A DNA stretch of 64,000 nucleotides, taken from Octopus vulgaris. Lineage: Eukaryota. This document shows, one piece after another, positions 13,346-28,005 of the stretch. The DNA is taken from NCBI GenBank assembly GCA_951406725.2, contig OX597817.1, positions 111,290,001-111,354,000 of the forward strand, given 5' to 3'. Every line of letters begins with the position of its first letter. Positions within the stretch are counted from its first letter, which is position 1. Made by a program: the position numbers and the translations under genes. Below the pieces are notes generated by a model. That model saw only the letters and a program-made list of their open reading frames with translations. It did no database searches and was not told the origin of the DNA.

Positions 13346-16039
13346 TTATTTGACTTCATAATATTACAACATTTGCAATGCTGCTTGTGAAGTGTATGTG
13401 TGTGTGTGTGGATAAAAAAATATCATACAAATGAAACTAATAAGATTATGAAGCTAATAAGAGACAAACAAATAATACATGAAATCACACAAGCAAAACA
13501 TATCGCTGAAAAACCATAGAAATATAAAGCAAACAACAATAAAAGAATAGGTACAATGAAAATAAATATCCCAGTGACATGTGTATGTATGTGTGTGTGC
13601 ATGTGTGTGCGCATTGTGTGTGTGTGTGTGTGTGTGCGTAGATGTACAAATGAAAGAAAGAGCATTCAATAGCAGAATTTATTTGTTCTTGTTAACTAAA
13701 AAGAATGCATAAAGGTAAATCATCATTGCTTATATGTGTGTTTGTGATATTATATCTGTGTGTGAATATGTGTATGTGTGTGTGCATGCATAGACACATA
13801 CTTGAAAAATTAAAGTAGCAATCACAAACACACATGCTTATATTCACACATACACACTTGGAAAATTGATGAAGCAGTCTACCACACTGCAGGAATGGTT
13901 TGAAATTTAAGAATCTATAGTTAGATTTTTATCATGTGCCAGTCTGTGTGCGTAGGTGTACGGGTGTAGTACAAGTAGCATAGAATGTTCAATTCATAAA
14001 CAAGCATTTACATAATTTATTGATTATTCAAATAACTGCTCAGTAAAAAGTTTCAGTTAATGATTTTTTAGAATGGGCTGTTCTTTCGCTCTTACTTCGT
14101 AAGAATGATAATGCTATTATCTATTTTACAATAAATAGATCTTACTACATTATATTGTATATCTGCTAAAGGTACTGAATCAACTTATGTTAGTTCAGCC
14201 TCCTACACCAGTCAATGTATAATCTTGTATATTTACTTAGTAATTCTTTCATCATCACTTCAACCACTACATCGAAGACTATTCTTTACTGTCAATGTTG
14301 GAGTAAGATTGAAATATGTGAGGAGTTGTCTCCCATCTACTAATATTTTTTTTTTATTCTCACTGTATAATTATTTCTAGTTAGATTTTTAATTCTTACA
14401 GCATTAAACACCAACTTAAGTAGTCATGAACATTAATATTCTGTATTCACTTTTCTTTGCCAGGGTGGATTCAAGGATTTTCACGAGGCACTCAGTAAAT
14501 CATCTGATGCCCTTTCTTTTAGCTACCTCTATTAATAAATAGAAACATTGGTTTGGTTTGGAGCATTATAACAATTAATTATTGTTGTTGTCATTTAGCC
14601 CTCAGATTAGGCTTCGTTGAGTAGATCTGTAGTGCCCAATATGTTTTTCCTATTTTGAAAATAGAAGGGTATGGTTTCAGGAAATTTGGTTGCTCTATTT
14701 AGCAAATCAAACAACCCTTTTGAGGTTCTCTTAACTCAATAGCTATGGATTTCTTTATATTGGTAACATGTCCAGTTTTATAGAAGCAGTCAAGATACAT
14801 ATCTTTATAAAGGCCATTGTTAGTGTAAATGATAAGAAGAGTATGACTATCAACCATCAAGAATTGAAACCATTTTGCTAATTCTGTGTGATTTTACTCT
14901 TATTGATTATAAATTCTTGCCTTTTTAAAATGTTTAACATACAAAATCCATTTCTAATTCTGTTGGGGAAAATGTCATTTTCCTTCAATTGTGACCATGA
15001 ATTTTGTAAAACTGAATATAATTTGAATATCCTGTTAAAACACATAAAGTGAGATCATGAAATTAACCCAAGAGAACTGCAAGCTGTTTGTTTGGGATGT
15101 GATTAACAGTCTTTAATTATTCACAAAGCATATTTAAAAGGAAAAAAAATTAAATAAATTCATTAAGGTGTTTTGAATTTTTTGTTTTAATGAACAAGAA
15201 AAAAACTTCATAAATCTCTTCAAAATCAAATTAATTGATTTATTCAAATTACTTGCTCTATTTATTGATAATGACAAAAAATGTTCAAAAGTAGTAATAT
15301 ATTTTATTCCTAATGCTGAGTGAAGATTTGCAGAGAGCACTTAGCATTTACATCTGTAAACATAAGGCTGTTGCAGAAAGTTTTATTGTAAATTAAAATG
15401 TGCACACATGCATACATGCGCAAAATTAGTTTATAACTAATTATGTTAATTTTCTTCTGTCTTGCATAATTATTTTTGTCAGATAAGATATGGTTACTTC
15501 TAACTCTTGCTATACATAGACAGCCTCTGATTTTCACTCTTTTTCTCTCCTGTGTAAGTGTGTGTGTGTTGTGGAGAGTGAGATTAAAGATGTTTGTTGT
15601 TTTTTTGTCCATTAATTACCTTGTAGTATTGTACTAGAAATTAACACAGACTCTAAAAGTTGCTTATTGTATGCACTCTTAACTAGGATTCAGAGGAATT
15701 TAAGCCTAACCGTCTTTCTTTAGGCAAATGATACTTTTGAATAACTGTAGTTTTTGTTGTATTCCAGAATAATAATGAATACACAAAAAATGAAATTGAT
15801 TCATGTAAATATTTTATTTCTCTTCCTGCAATCTTTGCATGACTGACATTATTATAAACTTAAATAAAAAATTTCTAGTTAACAAATAGTGATAAGTTAG
15901 TCCATTTCTGTGGTAATTTCTGTTGGAGATTTTAGCCCCCAAAACATGTTATGCTACATTTATCAATTCTGTCCTGATTAATTTGAGTTGTCATCATCAT
16001 CATCATCATCATCAGCTTATTATTATATTGCTAGTGGAA

Positions 16040-16470
16040 GGCAGTGAGCTGGCAGAAACATTAGCATGCTGGGTGAAAGGCTTAGCAGTATTTCATCTGT
16101 CTTTACGTTCTGAGTTCAAATTCCACCAAGGTCAACTTTGCCTTTCATCCTTTTGGGGGTCGATAAATTAAGTACCAGTTGTGTACTGGGGTCAATCTAA
16201 TTGACTGACCCCCCTTCCCAAAAATTCCAGGCCTTATACCTAGAGTAGAAAAGATTATCTTGCTGGTGGATTGGCTGAGTCATGAGAGCATTGAGGAAAA
16301 ATGCCTTGCAAATTTTGTTCCAGCTCTTTTATGTTCCAACTTCAAATCTCAGCACAGTCAGCTTTCATCCTTTCAGGGTGGAGAAAATAAAGTATCAGTC
16401 AAGTACTGGAGCTGATGGTATTGATGATCCCCATCCCTTAAAATTGTGCCAACATTTGAAACTATTATTA
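16040..16470 (+). mobile_element. Two tandem family A SINEs
   Basis: Complete copy at 16040-16258, immediately followed by an older copy. Confidence 0.8.
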
Positions 16471-16825
16471 TTTGGTGAAAACTCTCAGCTTATTTTGCTG
16501 TATATGATGGAAAGTGTCTGTAGTCCACAGCCAACAGACTAAGGTGACACTTGTTTACTGGTCATGCTTCAAGAACCCTGTAAAGAATTCTTGCAGTCTT
16601 AAGCAGTGCTGATTTTTGTAGGTGTTCTATCTTTTCATTTGTACCAATCTTTTTGAGCCATATTGGTAATTGAGTGCTGATACTTCCAAGTGCGCAAATT
16701 ACTATTCGTATCACATATTCTCTCTTCATTGACCACATATTTCATATTTCATAACCTTCATATTTCCTACTTCAAATTGTTGTTGTTGTTGTTCAGTTTT
16801 TCTTCTTCTTTCAAAATTCTGTAAG

Positions 16826-16950
16826 ACCGACTTTGTCTTTCATCCTTTTGGAGTTGATAAATTAAGTACCAGTGAAATATTGGGGGTCAACGTAAAAAAC
16901 TAGTCCCCTCCCCCAAAATTTCAGGCCTTGTGCCCTTAGTAGAAAAGATG

Positions 16951-17000
<50 letters not shown>

Positions 17001-17010
17001 CATCATCATT
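16826..17010 (+). mobile_element. 5'-truncated family A SINE with (ATT)n tail
   Basis: gactttgtctttcatccttttggagttgataaattaagtacc...agtagaaaagatg(att)n. Confidence 0.8.
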
Positions 17011-19776
17011 TAAGTGAGTATCTGCTGTCTTAGTTAAATGCTTGTATAATTGGAGGCCATTTTTATTTTTATATTTATTTTATTATGTAAACTTACTTCA
17101 TATCAAATACTATCATAACAACTCTGGAATGGAGCACCTTCAGAAATCATTGAAAAAACAACTGTGTAAACAAACTTGTAGTTTTTTTTTCTTCTTATAA
17201 ACTACTTCTGTGAGTTGTGTGCATGCATGTGTGTGCTTGTGTGTTGGAATGCATACCATAAAGATACATACATAGAGAGGTGGAGTTTTGGAATGGCTAA
17301 CTCATACTTTATGAAGAAGGAAAAAAAAAGAGGTTTCTTTTTTTTTTTAACTTTATTATTTAGTATTTCTATGTTTCATATAACAGTAATTACGATTCTG
17401 AAAAAATTTCCATTTGGAAGAAAAATTTACAACCACCCCCGCCCTTCTATAATATTTTCCTACCCCATGAGTAAGAAACATCGCTTCTGAAACTCTGTTC
17501 CTCATACAGTTCTTAGCCACTTAAATATAACATAAAACTACAAAAAGGAGATAATTTGAGAAGTTTGTTTAATCCTTTCCGCATCAAGCCACCAAAGATC
17601 ATCTCTATCAAAATGATTCAAATCCTGTTATTACATGAATGATAATATTAGATTTCACTCAGTAAACATTCATTTCCTATTAAGTTTAAGGTTCTTCAAA
17701 ATTTTTACACTAAAAACCCCTATAATTCTTGGTTATTTTTTAAAATAAAATACAGAAGCAGTATATTTTTTGTCAGAAATTTGGTCACAAAATGGCTTAA
17801 ATGATTCATGAAATAGTGTTTTCAAGTCATTATTTTCATAATTAATCATTCTCTTTATAAACATCCTCATATAAATTCTTTTCCTTATTAGTTTAACTTC
17901 AATTTTTCAATCATGGCATTAATATATCTGTGTTTTTCACTGCTTAACTGTTTCCTACTTCAATTTGCTCACTATTTATATGTCTGATTTTGTTCTTGTT
18001 GGAGAAACTATTACTATTAATTGTTACAGCCTAATGTTCCTGTTTCCTTCTTTCGTATTCAAAATGTGCTCAACCAGCAGCATTTATTTATTTTTTTTTA
18101 GTTAGAAAAGTAACCTTTTACAAAGCCTCTGAGATTAATGGGAGGAACCCTGGTTCAAATACATACAACAAAATGAACTCCACCGATGACATTCAAGATG
18201 TCAAGTGGTGGTTTTAAATTAGGTGACAGATTAAATCTATCATTCTAGTAAGCCATGGTAAGATTTGAACTTAGAATGCAAAGAACCAGAATAGATACAG
18301 TAAAACATTCAGTCCCCTTTCTTTAAACAAATAAAAAATAAATAATAAATAAAGCAGAAAGGACATTTTGAACATAAAAGATGAGCTAGTCATGACTGGA
18401 ATACCTTGGATCAAATATCTATTCAATTAGGCCCTGACCTGGCACCAACAAGAGCATGATATGTAAATATATGTGCTGTCGAATAACAACTCTACAATTA
18501 ACTTATTTACAAATAGTATTTGATACCATTAGCTTCCAACCTATATACTTAATTTGACCACAATATATTCATTAAATGAAAATTATATTAAAGACATGTT
18601 AGTGAGATGGGAAGCAACTCTCACACTGACAAGGGCATTTTCTTGTCCAGTTAGTAATTAAAATGTTCTTCATCAGTTAAGTATGTACTGCACAAACCTG
18701 AAGAACTGGTATTGTCAGTAGATATTTCATACTTGTACTTTTTGTCTACATTATAAACTAAGACTTTCAACTCATGGCAGATTTTGTAACCCCACATTTA
18801 ATTCTCTTAACCCTCTTGTTACCATATTTCTGTTGAAATACATTGCTTTCATTTTAATTAATTTTCAAAATAATGAAGAATTAATATTTCATTTCATATA
18901 AAATATATTGATATATAAATTGTTTTTAAATCATCCCAAAAATACAACTTTATAATATTATTGTGATTTTCCTTAATAAAAGTGAGTGGAGAAAAACTTA
19001 ACAGCTTAATACCATATATGCACCCCTAATTTTAATTCTTGATTTTGGTGAAAGTGTGCATATTTTACATGGAGTTTTATGGTACTTAAAATCATTTATA
19101 TTCTGAATATAATCAATAATAGTATTTTCAAATGGTTTGGTGTTTAGTTTTGTTCCTCAGTGTAACTGATAACAAGGTTTGTCTATTTGATAGAGTCTTT
19201 GACAGTAATTTTGTGATGATGAAATTAGAATAGGTCAGTGACAGGAAAATGACTGTATGAGTTACTGAAAATGGCAGTATGAACAAATTAGGGAAACAGA
19301 TTATCAACCAAATGCCCCAATTACACATTGTATATCACTGATAAGTATTTTATTGCTGGAATCACTTGAGCGATTTTGAACACAAAGCAGTAGTGCACTT
19401 AACTAGATATAAATAATGTGATTAACTTGTAATCTATCTCTCTGCACCAACACCTTAAGAATCCAGTTTTGGAATTTGGTTGGTACTTCATCATTTGATT
19501 AGTTACCTAGCTATACCCATTCATTCTTTCTTACAATTCTTGAAATATATGCTTTATTTTAGAGATGCCATAATGTTTGTTGATGTAGATTTGGCTATTA
19601 TGAAATAACTGCTACAATTTTAAGGAAAATTATATGACATTTTATTTGAGACACAATTCTATCCCAAATTGGTATTTATAATATCCAGTGTCATTGACAT
19701 TAGAATCTTAGTTAACTCATCAAACCTTAATTCATTTTCCTTTGCAAACATTGAAACAGGGTGGGGCACCTTGCTA

Positions 19777-20418
19777 TCATCATCATCGTTTAACGTCCGT
19801 TTTCCGCGCTAGCACGGGTTGGTCAGTTCGACCGGGGTCTGGGAAGCCAGGGGCTGCACCAGGCTCCAGTCTGATCTGGCAGTGTTTCTACAGCTGGATG
19901 CCCTTCCTAACGCCAACCACTCTGCGAGTGTAGTGGGTGCTTTTTACGTGCCACCGGCACAGGTGCCAGAGGAGTCTGGCCACGGCCACAATCGGTTGGT
20001 GCCTTTAACGAGCCACCGGCACGGAAGCCAGTCAAGGCGGCGCTGGCATCGGCCACGTTCGGATGGTGCTTTTTATGTGCCACTGGCACAGAAGCCAGTC
20101 GAGGCAGCGCTGGCATCGGTCATGTTCGGATGGTGCTTTTTATGTGCCACCGGCACAGGTATCACAACTGCTATTTCCATTGATATTTATTTCGATGTTC
20201 ATGTACTTGACTCAATAGGTCTCCTCAAGCACAGCGGGATGTTCTGGAATCCAAGGTACTTTGAATGGGCAGGGGCTATACAGAACTGGTGCAGGAAGTA
20301 GCCCAGGTCTTTGCAGTCACAGCATATCTCCAGAGATCTCAGTCCTTCGCCATTGCCTCTGTGAGGCCCAACGCTCTGAGGTCATGCTTGACTACCTCAT
20401 CCCATGTCTTCCTGGGTG
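19777..20418 (-). mobile_element. 5'-truncated RTE-clade LINE (3' end) with (ATG)n tail
   Basis: Homologous to 21353-21950, including the KTWDEVVKHDL C-terminus. (cat)n tail on the + strand. Confidence 0.8.
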
Positions 20419-21352
20419 GACATTAATAGATTAGCCTATTTTATTGGCATTAGCTATTTCAAGATAATCAAATTAAAGTAGCTTAAGTAATTTTTAGTAA
20501 CTTATTTAAAAAGTTGGAGAGCAGGTATACTCTATAAAGTGTAATCTGCAGCACAGTCACCCTGGAAGCAGAAGATATGTAGTGAGATAGCCATCAATGA
20601 GGCTGTTATTCTTCTCACGTTAGTACTTAGAATGTAAAATAGAATTGGCCATGTAAAAAGTAAACTTGCTAGAAAACTCATTTTGAAACAAAATTAACTT
20701 GATGTATGATTTCAGTTTGATCTTTGACTCAGTGTTTGTAACATTTAATTTAATTTTTTTATAAATTATAACTAGCTTTCTGAAAAGTTAGATATAATAC
20801 CTGTTAATAGAATGTGTTTTTACATTTACATTGGTAGCTGAAAAAAATAACGCTTCATTATCACATAGAACTACATAATTCATCAATCCCTCCCCATGAT
20901 ATTTTTGTGAGGAGGGAAGTCAGAATATTGTGCAAGTCTTTTTTTTTAATACATTTAATGTGGATTGCTGAATACCTCGTCTTTAGTTCAAATCTTACTG
21001 CTGTCATTGATTTATTATTGACTTAGGATTGTGTACCTCAGCAAGGCACCTGTCTTACCTACATTAGTTTGTCTGAGAGTAAAGAAAAAACGGGTTGGTA
21101 GTAGTTGGAATAGCATCTAACTGTCATATATATTTAATTTGCCCCAAATAAACCAACCTAGTAAAACAAGCATGAAGTAATTTGTAGAACAGCAATAAGA
21201 AAACAAAATAAGAGTATAAATATCATAATTCATTTATGTCAGCTTTCTGTAATACATAAACACAGACTGATATATATTATAAGCAAACTTTAATATTTGT
21301 ATATACAAACTATACAAATAGACACTGTTGTGGGGGTTAAAAAATAAGTAAT

Positions 21353-22790
21353 CATCATCATCATCATTATCATTTAACATCCACTTTCCATGTTGGCATG
21401 GGTTGGACAGTTTGACTGAGGACTGGCAAACCAGAAGGCTGTACCAGGCTCCAATCTGATCTGGCAAAGTTTCTACAGCTGGATGCCCTTCCTTATGCCA
21501 ACCACTCAGAGAGTGTAGCGGGTGCTTTTTTGTGCCACCGGTATGAGGGCCAGTCAGGTGGTACTGGCATCAGCCACATTTAAATGGTGCTTTTTACATG
21601 CCATCGGCACAGGACCAATCAGGCGGCACTGGCATCGACCATGTTTGAATGGTGCTTTTTATGTGTCACTGGCATGGGTGCCAGTCAGGCAGTACTAGCA
21701 TCAGCCATAACAATGACTTCACTTGACTCAACAGGTCTTCGTAAGCACAGTTTATTGCCCAATGATTGAAGGGTACTCTTAAATGGGCTGGTTATGCTGC
21801 ACTGGCATAGGCCATGGTTACAGTCTCACTTGACTTGCCGGGTCTTCTCAAGCACAGCATATCTCCAAGGGTCTTTGTCACTTGTCATCACCTCCGTGAG
21901 GCCCAACATTCGAAGGTCATGCTTCACCACCTCATCCCAGGTCTTCCTGTGTCTACCTCTTTCACAAGTTCCCTCTTCTGCTAGGATGTGACACTTTTTC
22001 ACACAGCTGTCCTTATCCATACACAACACATGACCATACCAATGCAGTTGTCTCTCTTGCATACCACATCTGATGCTTCTTATGTCCAACTTTTCTCTCA
22101 GGGCGCTTACAGTCTGTTGTGTATACACACTGACATTATACATCCAGCGAAACATGCTAGCTTCATTTCTTGCAAGCTTACGCATATCCTCAGCAGTCAT
22201 GGCCCATGTTTCACTGCCATGTAGCATGGCTGTCCGCACACATGCGTCATACAGTCTACCTTTTACTCTGAGTGAGAGGCTATTTGTCACCAGCGGAGGT
22301 AGGAGCTCTCTGAACTTTGCCCAGGCTATCCTTATTCTAGCAGCTACACACTCTCAGAGCATCCATCCCTGCTACTGACTTGGTCACCTAGGTAACGGAA
22401 GCTATCAACTACTTCTAGTTTTTCCCCCTGACATGTGGCAAAATTTGTTTTCTGCACATTTTCAGTGTTTACTGCCCCTGAGCATTTTCCACACACAAAA
22501 ACTATCTTCCCAGTTTGCTTTCCTTTGATATTGCTGCACCCCTTTATGTGTCCATAGCTTACACTGGGTACATCTTATGGAGTTTCTACCTACACCTTTT
22601 CTACAAATCAAGTAGGGCCATCTACCTGAAGGGATTTGTGATTTGCCTGCCTTCCTATGTATTAAGACTGGTTTTTGCTAGATTGACTCTAAGGCCCTTT
22701 GATTCTAAACCTTGCTTCCATACTCCCTAATTTGTTGGACTATGACCCTCTCCATGACTTTCATTACCTGATCCAACAACTTTGGTTTAA
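21353..22790 (-). mobile_element. Decayed RTE-clade LINE (RT C-terminal region plus 3' UTR)
   Basis: VKGRLYDACVRTAMLHGSETW...LHWYGHVLCM...RGRHRKTW is characteristic of RTE ORF C-termini. (cat)n tail. Confidence 0.88.
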
Positions 22791-23807
22791 TTCAATCAAC
22801 CAGCTTCCATACTAAAAAATAAATATTAACCTTTTACTTAAATAAAAGAAATCAATATTTATATATAAAAGTCATTAACTATAAGCTTCTAAAAAGCAAA
22901 GACTCATAGAAAAAAATTCTAAGAGCAGCACAAGTTACATTGAATAACAATATTTAGATAGCATAATGAAGTGAAAACAAAATCACTTGTTAGATATTAT
23001 TTGGCAATTGAGAAGTCATCAGTTTGTATTCTGTCAATGTCATGGCTCTGTGTCCAAGGCCAAAATGCTTAACAGTTAATGGGCCAATCCATTTAGCTAT
23101 AAATATGTACTATGGACGCTGCACTTTATTGACTTGCAGTACTGATTTCAGCTTTTGTAGGAACAGCTTGGTCCTTTTAGCTTTATGTGGAAATCAATAA
23201 GACTGAAATGCATTGTTGAGTTTACCAATCATGAAAAATCAAGAAACTGACTCATGAGATAGTAAGTAAATAGCTTGTCTCTTCACTTCTCTGAAAAAAG
23301 TGTAGGGCAGGCAAGCAGATAGGCTTGGAATAGCTTATTTTTCTCTCTATATACAACTTCACTTTTCATTATTCCTTTAGAATCAATAATCAGATATAAA
23401 TTGGCATCAGTCCAGTTGACTATGTCTCTCCCAATATATTGAGTCCTTGTGCCAATGTATCATCAATATTCATGATGATATTATATCATCACTGCATGAC
23501 TGTGTTGAAGTAAGTCAGTATGATCCATTATCTCTGCCAGAAATTTAACATATGAACTAATGTCAATCAGAGCTTTGTCCTCAACCTTCTGCCTTTCTAT
23601 TCTCTGTAGTAGTCATGTGGGAGGTCTAGTCCATACTTGTGTGTAAAGATAATATTGATTCACAGAATGTTTTATAGTATTTACATTTGACCTTCTTTCT
23701 ACCACTTACAAGACACGCCTACTTGTACAAATGATATCACATGTAAGAGTTGTAAAGTATATTAAGATATATTTTACATAATGCAAATATCTATAGAAGT
23801 TATTATA

Positions 23808-24378
23808 TTGAGATCTTGTGCAACTGAAACCCAAGTGTCTTTTTGGTCAGCTAAAAGCAGTTTTGGCACAAACTTAGCAGACATTTGTCTCATACCCAAA
23901 TCTTCAGTGATAATGGACTGAACTGAACCATAACTAATCTGCACATCCTCTGATAACTCATGGATGGTGATTTGACGATTTCCCCTCACAGCTGCATGCA
24001 CATCTATGATGTTTTCCTCAATTCTGCTGGTTGCGGGTCTCCCAGAATGTTTGTCAATATCAACATTTTTCAACCATCTTGGAAATGTCTCAATCCTTTG
24101 TACACTTGTGTGTAGCTCATACACTCCTCTCCATACACTTTCTGCAACTTTGTGTAGGCCTCTGAGCAAGTATTGCCATGACAACTTTCTCTATCAGGGT
24201 CATTATGACGATCACATGCTACACACCTTCCTTCCAAGCACTGTTATAAACAGTGGAAGTGAGCTAGAACGTTAAAACTTAGTGCGCTTGCACAGCAGAG
24301 TTCAAGGTCAATTTGTGCCAAGAGGCTTTAGCTCCATTATTATGGCAACAGTCCAGATACTTATTGATCAGACCTCAT
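23808..24378 (-). mobile_element. Mariner-family DNA transposon remnant (N-terminal HTH part and one end)
   Basis: HSGRPATS...NRQITIHELSEDVQISYGSVQSIITEDLGMRQMSAKFVPKLL matches the mariner GRP and WVPxxL motifs. TIR-like end at about 24350-24378. Confidence 0.85.
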
Positions 24379-24564
24379 ATATCCAAAACTCAATTAGATT
24401 TAATAGTAGAAATATATGTATATATACACATACACATGCACTCAAAAGTTCAGGTCATTTTCTTATTACCACTCTATACTCATCTAACACTCTGTTTTGA
24501 AGCATGCGTATATTGAGGTCTACACCAGGTTATTAGCTTTGGAATGACTAAGTGATATATTCTT

Positions 24565-24925
24565 TTATTCTTTTACTAGTTTCAGTCAGTTGACTTTGGC
24601 CATGCTGGAGCACCACCTTAAAGGGTTTCAGTTGAACAAATTGACTTCAGAACTTATTCTTTGTAAGCCTAGTACTTATTCTTTTGGTATCTTTTGCTGA
24701 ACTGCTACTTAGTTATGGGGACATCAGCACACCAACATTGGTTGTCAAGTCATGGTGGGAGAACAAACACAGACACAAAGACACACACACATAAATGTAT
24801 GTGTGTGTGATGGGCTTTCAGTTTCTGTCTACCAAATCCACTCACAATAGTGTGAAGAAGATACTTGCCCAAGGTGCCACACAGTGGGACTGAACTTGGA
24901 ACCATGTAGCTGGGAAGCAAGCCTC
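24565..24925 (-). mobile_element. CORE-like bipartite SINE (family B)
   Basis: Reverse complement of ggcaccttgggcaagt core, internal (CA/TG)n tract, and ggtgctccagcatggcc..gactgaaac 3' end. Confidence 0.8.
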
Positions 24926-25153
24926 TTATTTCTTTATTGCCCACGAGGGGCTAAACATAGAGGGGGCAAACAAGGACAGGCAAAGGGATTAAGTCGATTA
25001 CATCGACCCCAGTGCGTAACTGGTGCTTAATTTATCGACCCCGAAAGGATGAAAAGCAAAGTTGACCTCGACGGAATTTCAACTAAGAATGTAACGCCAG
25101 ACGAAACACCGCTAAGCATTTTGCCCGGCATGCTAACGATTCTGCCAGCTCGC
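24926..25153 (-). mobile_element. Young family A SINE with alternative 3' tail, abutting the head of a family B SINE
   Basis: CpG-rich and highly similar to 4852-5072. Confidence 0.85.
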
Positions 25154-25804
25154 CACACACATATGTATGTGTGTGTGTGTGTGTGTGTGTGTGAATCCTT
25201 CATTGCTAAAAGAAAAATGGTTTTATCTAATATGTGATGGGAGTGATGGCATATGTGTGATAGTAAAATATAAGCAGAGAACCTAACCAGCAACTGTTTG
25301 TTCTTTCCCATTTGTGAAAGATGGAATTAAACTTAGTGAGTCAATTGTTGTGCAGTAGTCACTAGTCTGGTTGGTTGATTCATTGTTGCTTTGTATTTTT
25401 CCCCAACAAAGCTCATCTTCTGAATATATGCACCTGTACTACTACTATTAATAATAATGATAACAAAAATAATAATGGGGATGGTATTGTTACAACCACT
25501 GCTACCACTATGATGCATTTGTTTGAAAACTAATCTAAAATCTACAATGATGTTGAGTTCTGGATAAATGGAAACATAATATTCACAGAAATATTTGTCA
25601 TTCTATTCTCACATCTCCCACTTTTAATCCTCTCTCTACTTCTCCCTCTCTCACTCTTCTTTCTGTCTTATTTTCTCATCCTCCCCCTCTCTTTTTTTCT
25701 CCTATCTAAATCTAATTGAATGAGAATAATTTTGGCATTTGACTGAATTATTCTTTTGTGAGGTTTTTGGTTGGGGAAGGGAGGGCAGGGATTCTTGTTT
25801 TATC

Positions 25805-26258
25805 TTTATCCTTTACTAGTTGCAGTCATTAGACTGTGGCCATGCTGAGGCATTGCCTTAAAAAATTTTAGTCAAATGAATCGACCTTAGTAATTATTTT
25901 TTTAAAGCCTGGTACTTATTCTTTTGGTCTCTTTTGGTGAACTGCTGAGTTACAGGGACACAGACACACCAACATCAGTTGCCAAGCAGTGGGTGTGGGG
26001 ACAAACACAGACACAATGACACAAATACACACATCTTTCACATCATCATCATCATCCTTTAATGTTTGCTTTCCATGCTGGCATGGTTGGGGTTTCTTTC
26101 AGTTTCTGTCTACCAAATCCACTTACAAAGCTTTGGTCAGCCTATGGCTATCACTATCATAGAAGACACTTTCTCAACGTGCCATGCAGTAGGACTGAAC
26201 CTGGAACCATGTGTTTGGGAAGCAAACTTCTTACCACATAGCCATGACTACACCTATG
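25805..26258 (-). mobile_element. CORE-like SINE (family B) containing an RTE 3' stub at about 26040-26090
   Basis: Same motifs as 24565-24925. (cat)n plus ttccatgctggcatgg matches the RTE 3' end at 21353-21400. Confidence 0.75.
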
Positions 26259-27329
26259 AAATTTTTTCTATAAAAATTTCCCAGCTGCTTGAAATAAATT
26301 GCTTTATTGGTCTATTTCTACGTTTGTGATTATGTAATAATTTGGACTGGAAGAACAATTAAATAAATAACTGACTCTCATCATCACTACACTTTTCAGT
26401 ATTCCTAACAAAAAAGATAAACTAAAAAAAAAAAATCAAATTGCAAAAGAGTAACGAACTACTTGTCACAATTTGATGTTTTAGAGAACAATTAGTTGTT
26501 TTGCCCCCAAATTAACCTCTGATAAAACAGACCTGTTATTAAAAACATTCAAGCTATGATCATCATGTATTTCTCTTTATGTTTTTCTGAAAGTTATTAG
26601 CAACTCATCTAAAGAAGGGGAAATAAGTTTACTTGAGAATCAATAGTAGCTAATGAACTTATTCAACACTCAGGGCTTACATTTATTCAAAAATGCTTGC
26701 ATCTGTACTCAGCATAACATTAAAGACCTAAAAGAAAATAACAAAGTACTAAATCAGCTAAAGAAGATTCGATTCATGGATCAGACTGACTGAACTACAT
26801 CCAGAATAATCACTAAAAAAAATTACCCAAGACCATGTCATTTTATTTATGCAATAGTGTGAATTGAGTGAATTTCAGCTGCCATTTCTTGCCGGTTGAG
26901 TGACTGCATAGTAGATTCCTCACTAGTTCAGCAGTTCTGGTAGCTGATGTGTAAAGAGTGACTAATTAGTTCATGTTGATATACTTTTAGACATGTAAGG
27001 AAATACCAGCCAATGTCTCTATATTAAAACAATATGAGGTGTTGTCTTTTTGTAATTTTTTTATGTAAGACTGTGTTCATTCATGTATTATAATTATGTA
27101 AGGAGTGATTTATCAATGTCTGCATCCTGACACTATGAAAAGTGACCAGTCAAAACTCAAGTTTACTTTCAGAGTTCTTCCTCTTCTTTATATTCCTACT
27201 TAACCAATAATTGTGTGACAGACATAGCCTCTACCATCAAAACCTCTGTAATTGTAACAAATAGTATCATTCAATTTGCTTTCATATATTTTTAAAAATT
27301 AAATTCCAGTTAATAATAATAATAATATT

Positions 27330-27755
27330 AGTTTCAGTTTTTAGCACATGGCCAGCAATTTGGGGGAGGGGATTTAGTCGATTACATTGTCTCAGTGTTT
27401 AACTGGTACTTATTTTTTTGACCCCAGAAGGATGAAAGACAAAGTTGAAATTGGTGGAATTTGAACTCGGAACACAAAAAGGACGAAATGCTGTTAAGCA
27501 TTTTGCCCAGCATGCTAATGAATCTGTTAGCTCACTGCCTTATTAATAATAATATTGGCTTCAAATTTTGGCATAAGGCCAGAAATTTTGTGGGAGGAAC
27601 TAGGTGAATTTCATTGATCCCAGTCATTTTATTGACCCCGAAAGTTGAAAGGAAAAATCTACCACAGTGGAATTTGAACTCAGAATGCAAAGACAGACAA
27701 AATGCTGCTCAACATTTTGCCCGACATGCTAACAATTCTGCCTTTTTGTCACCTT
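27330..27755 (-). mobile_element. Two tandem family A SINEs
   Basis: Two reverse-complement copies separated by taataataat. Confidence 0.8.
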
Positions 27756-28005
27756 ATTATTAATAATATTAGCAGTGGATTTGTTTACATTTGTTTTGTT
27801 ATTGGTAAGGTTGTTAAAAAAATTTTGTTACATATAATAATTTCATTATATTATAATTACCAGCTAGTTCCAGTGACTGTATCCAAATTTTATCCAACAA
27901 ATTATCTTATTCAAAAATTCATGAGAATTACTATAAAACATAATTTTTTGAAAATAATGTTAAGGCACATTTATGAATGTAGCTTTAGTCTCATCCCTTC
28001 CTTAT

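Noticed and set aside
14464-14494. 31-nt candidate exon (GGFKDFHEAL or VDSRIFTRHS) after ttttctttgccag
   Set aside because: Weak donor (gtaaat); too short to support without transcripts.
19936-20160. Regularly spaced repeats resembling a CRISPR array
   Set aside because: The spacers are themselves homologous, the context is a eukaryotic LINE 3' UTR, and there are no cas genes.
19819-20301. 160-aa + strand ORF
   Set aside because: Antisense to a GC-rich, tandemly repeated RTE 3' UTR.
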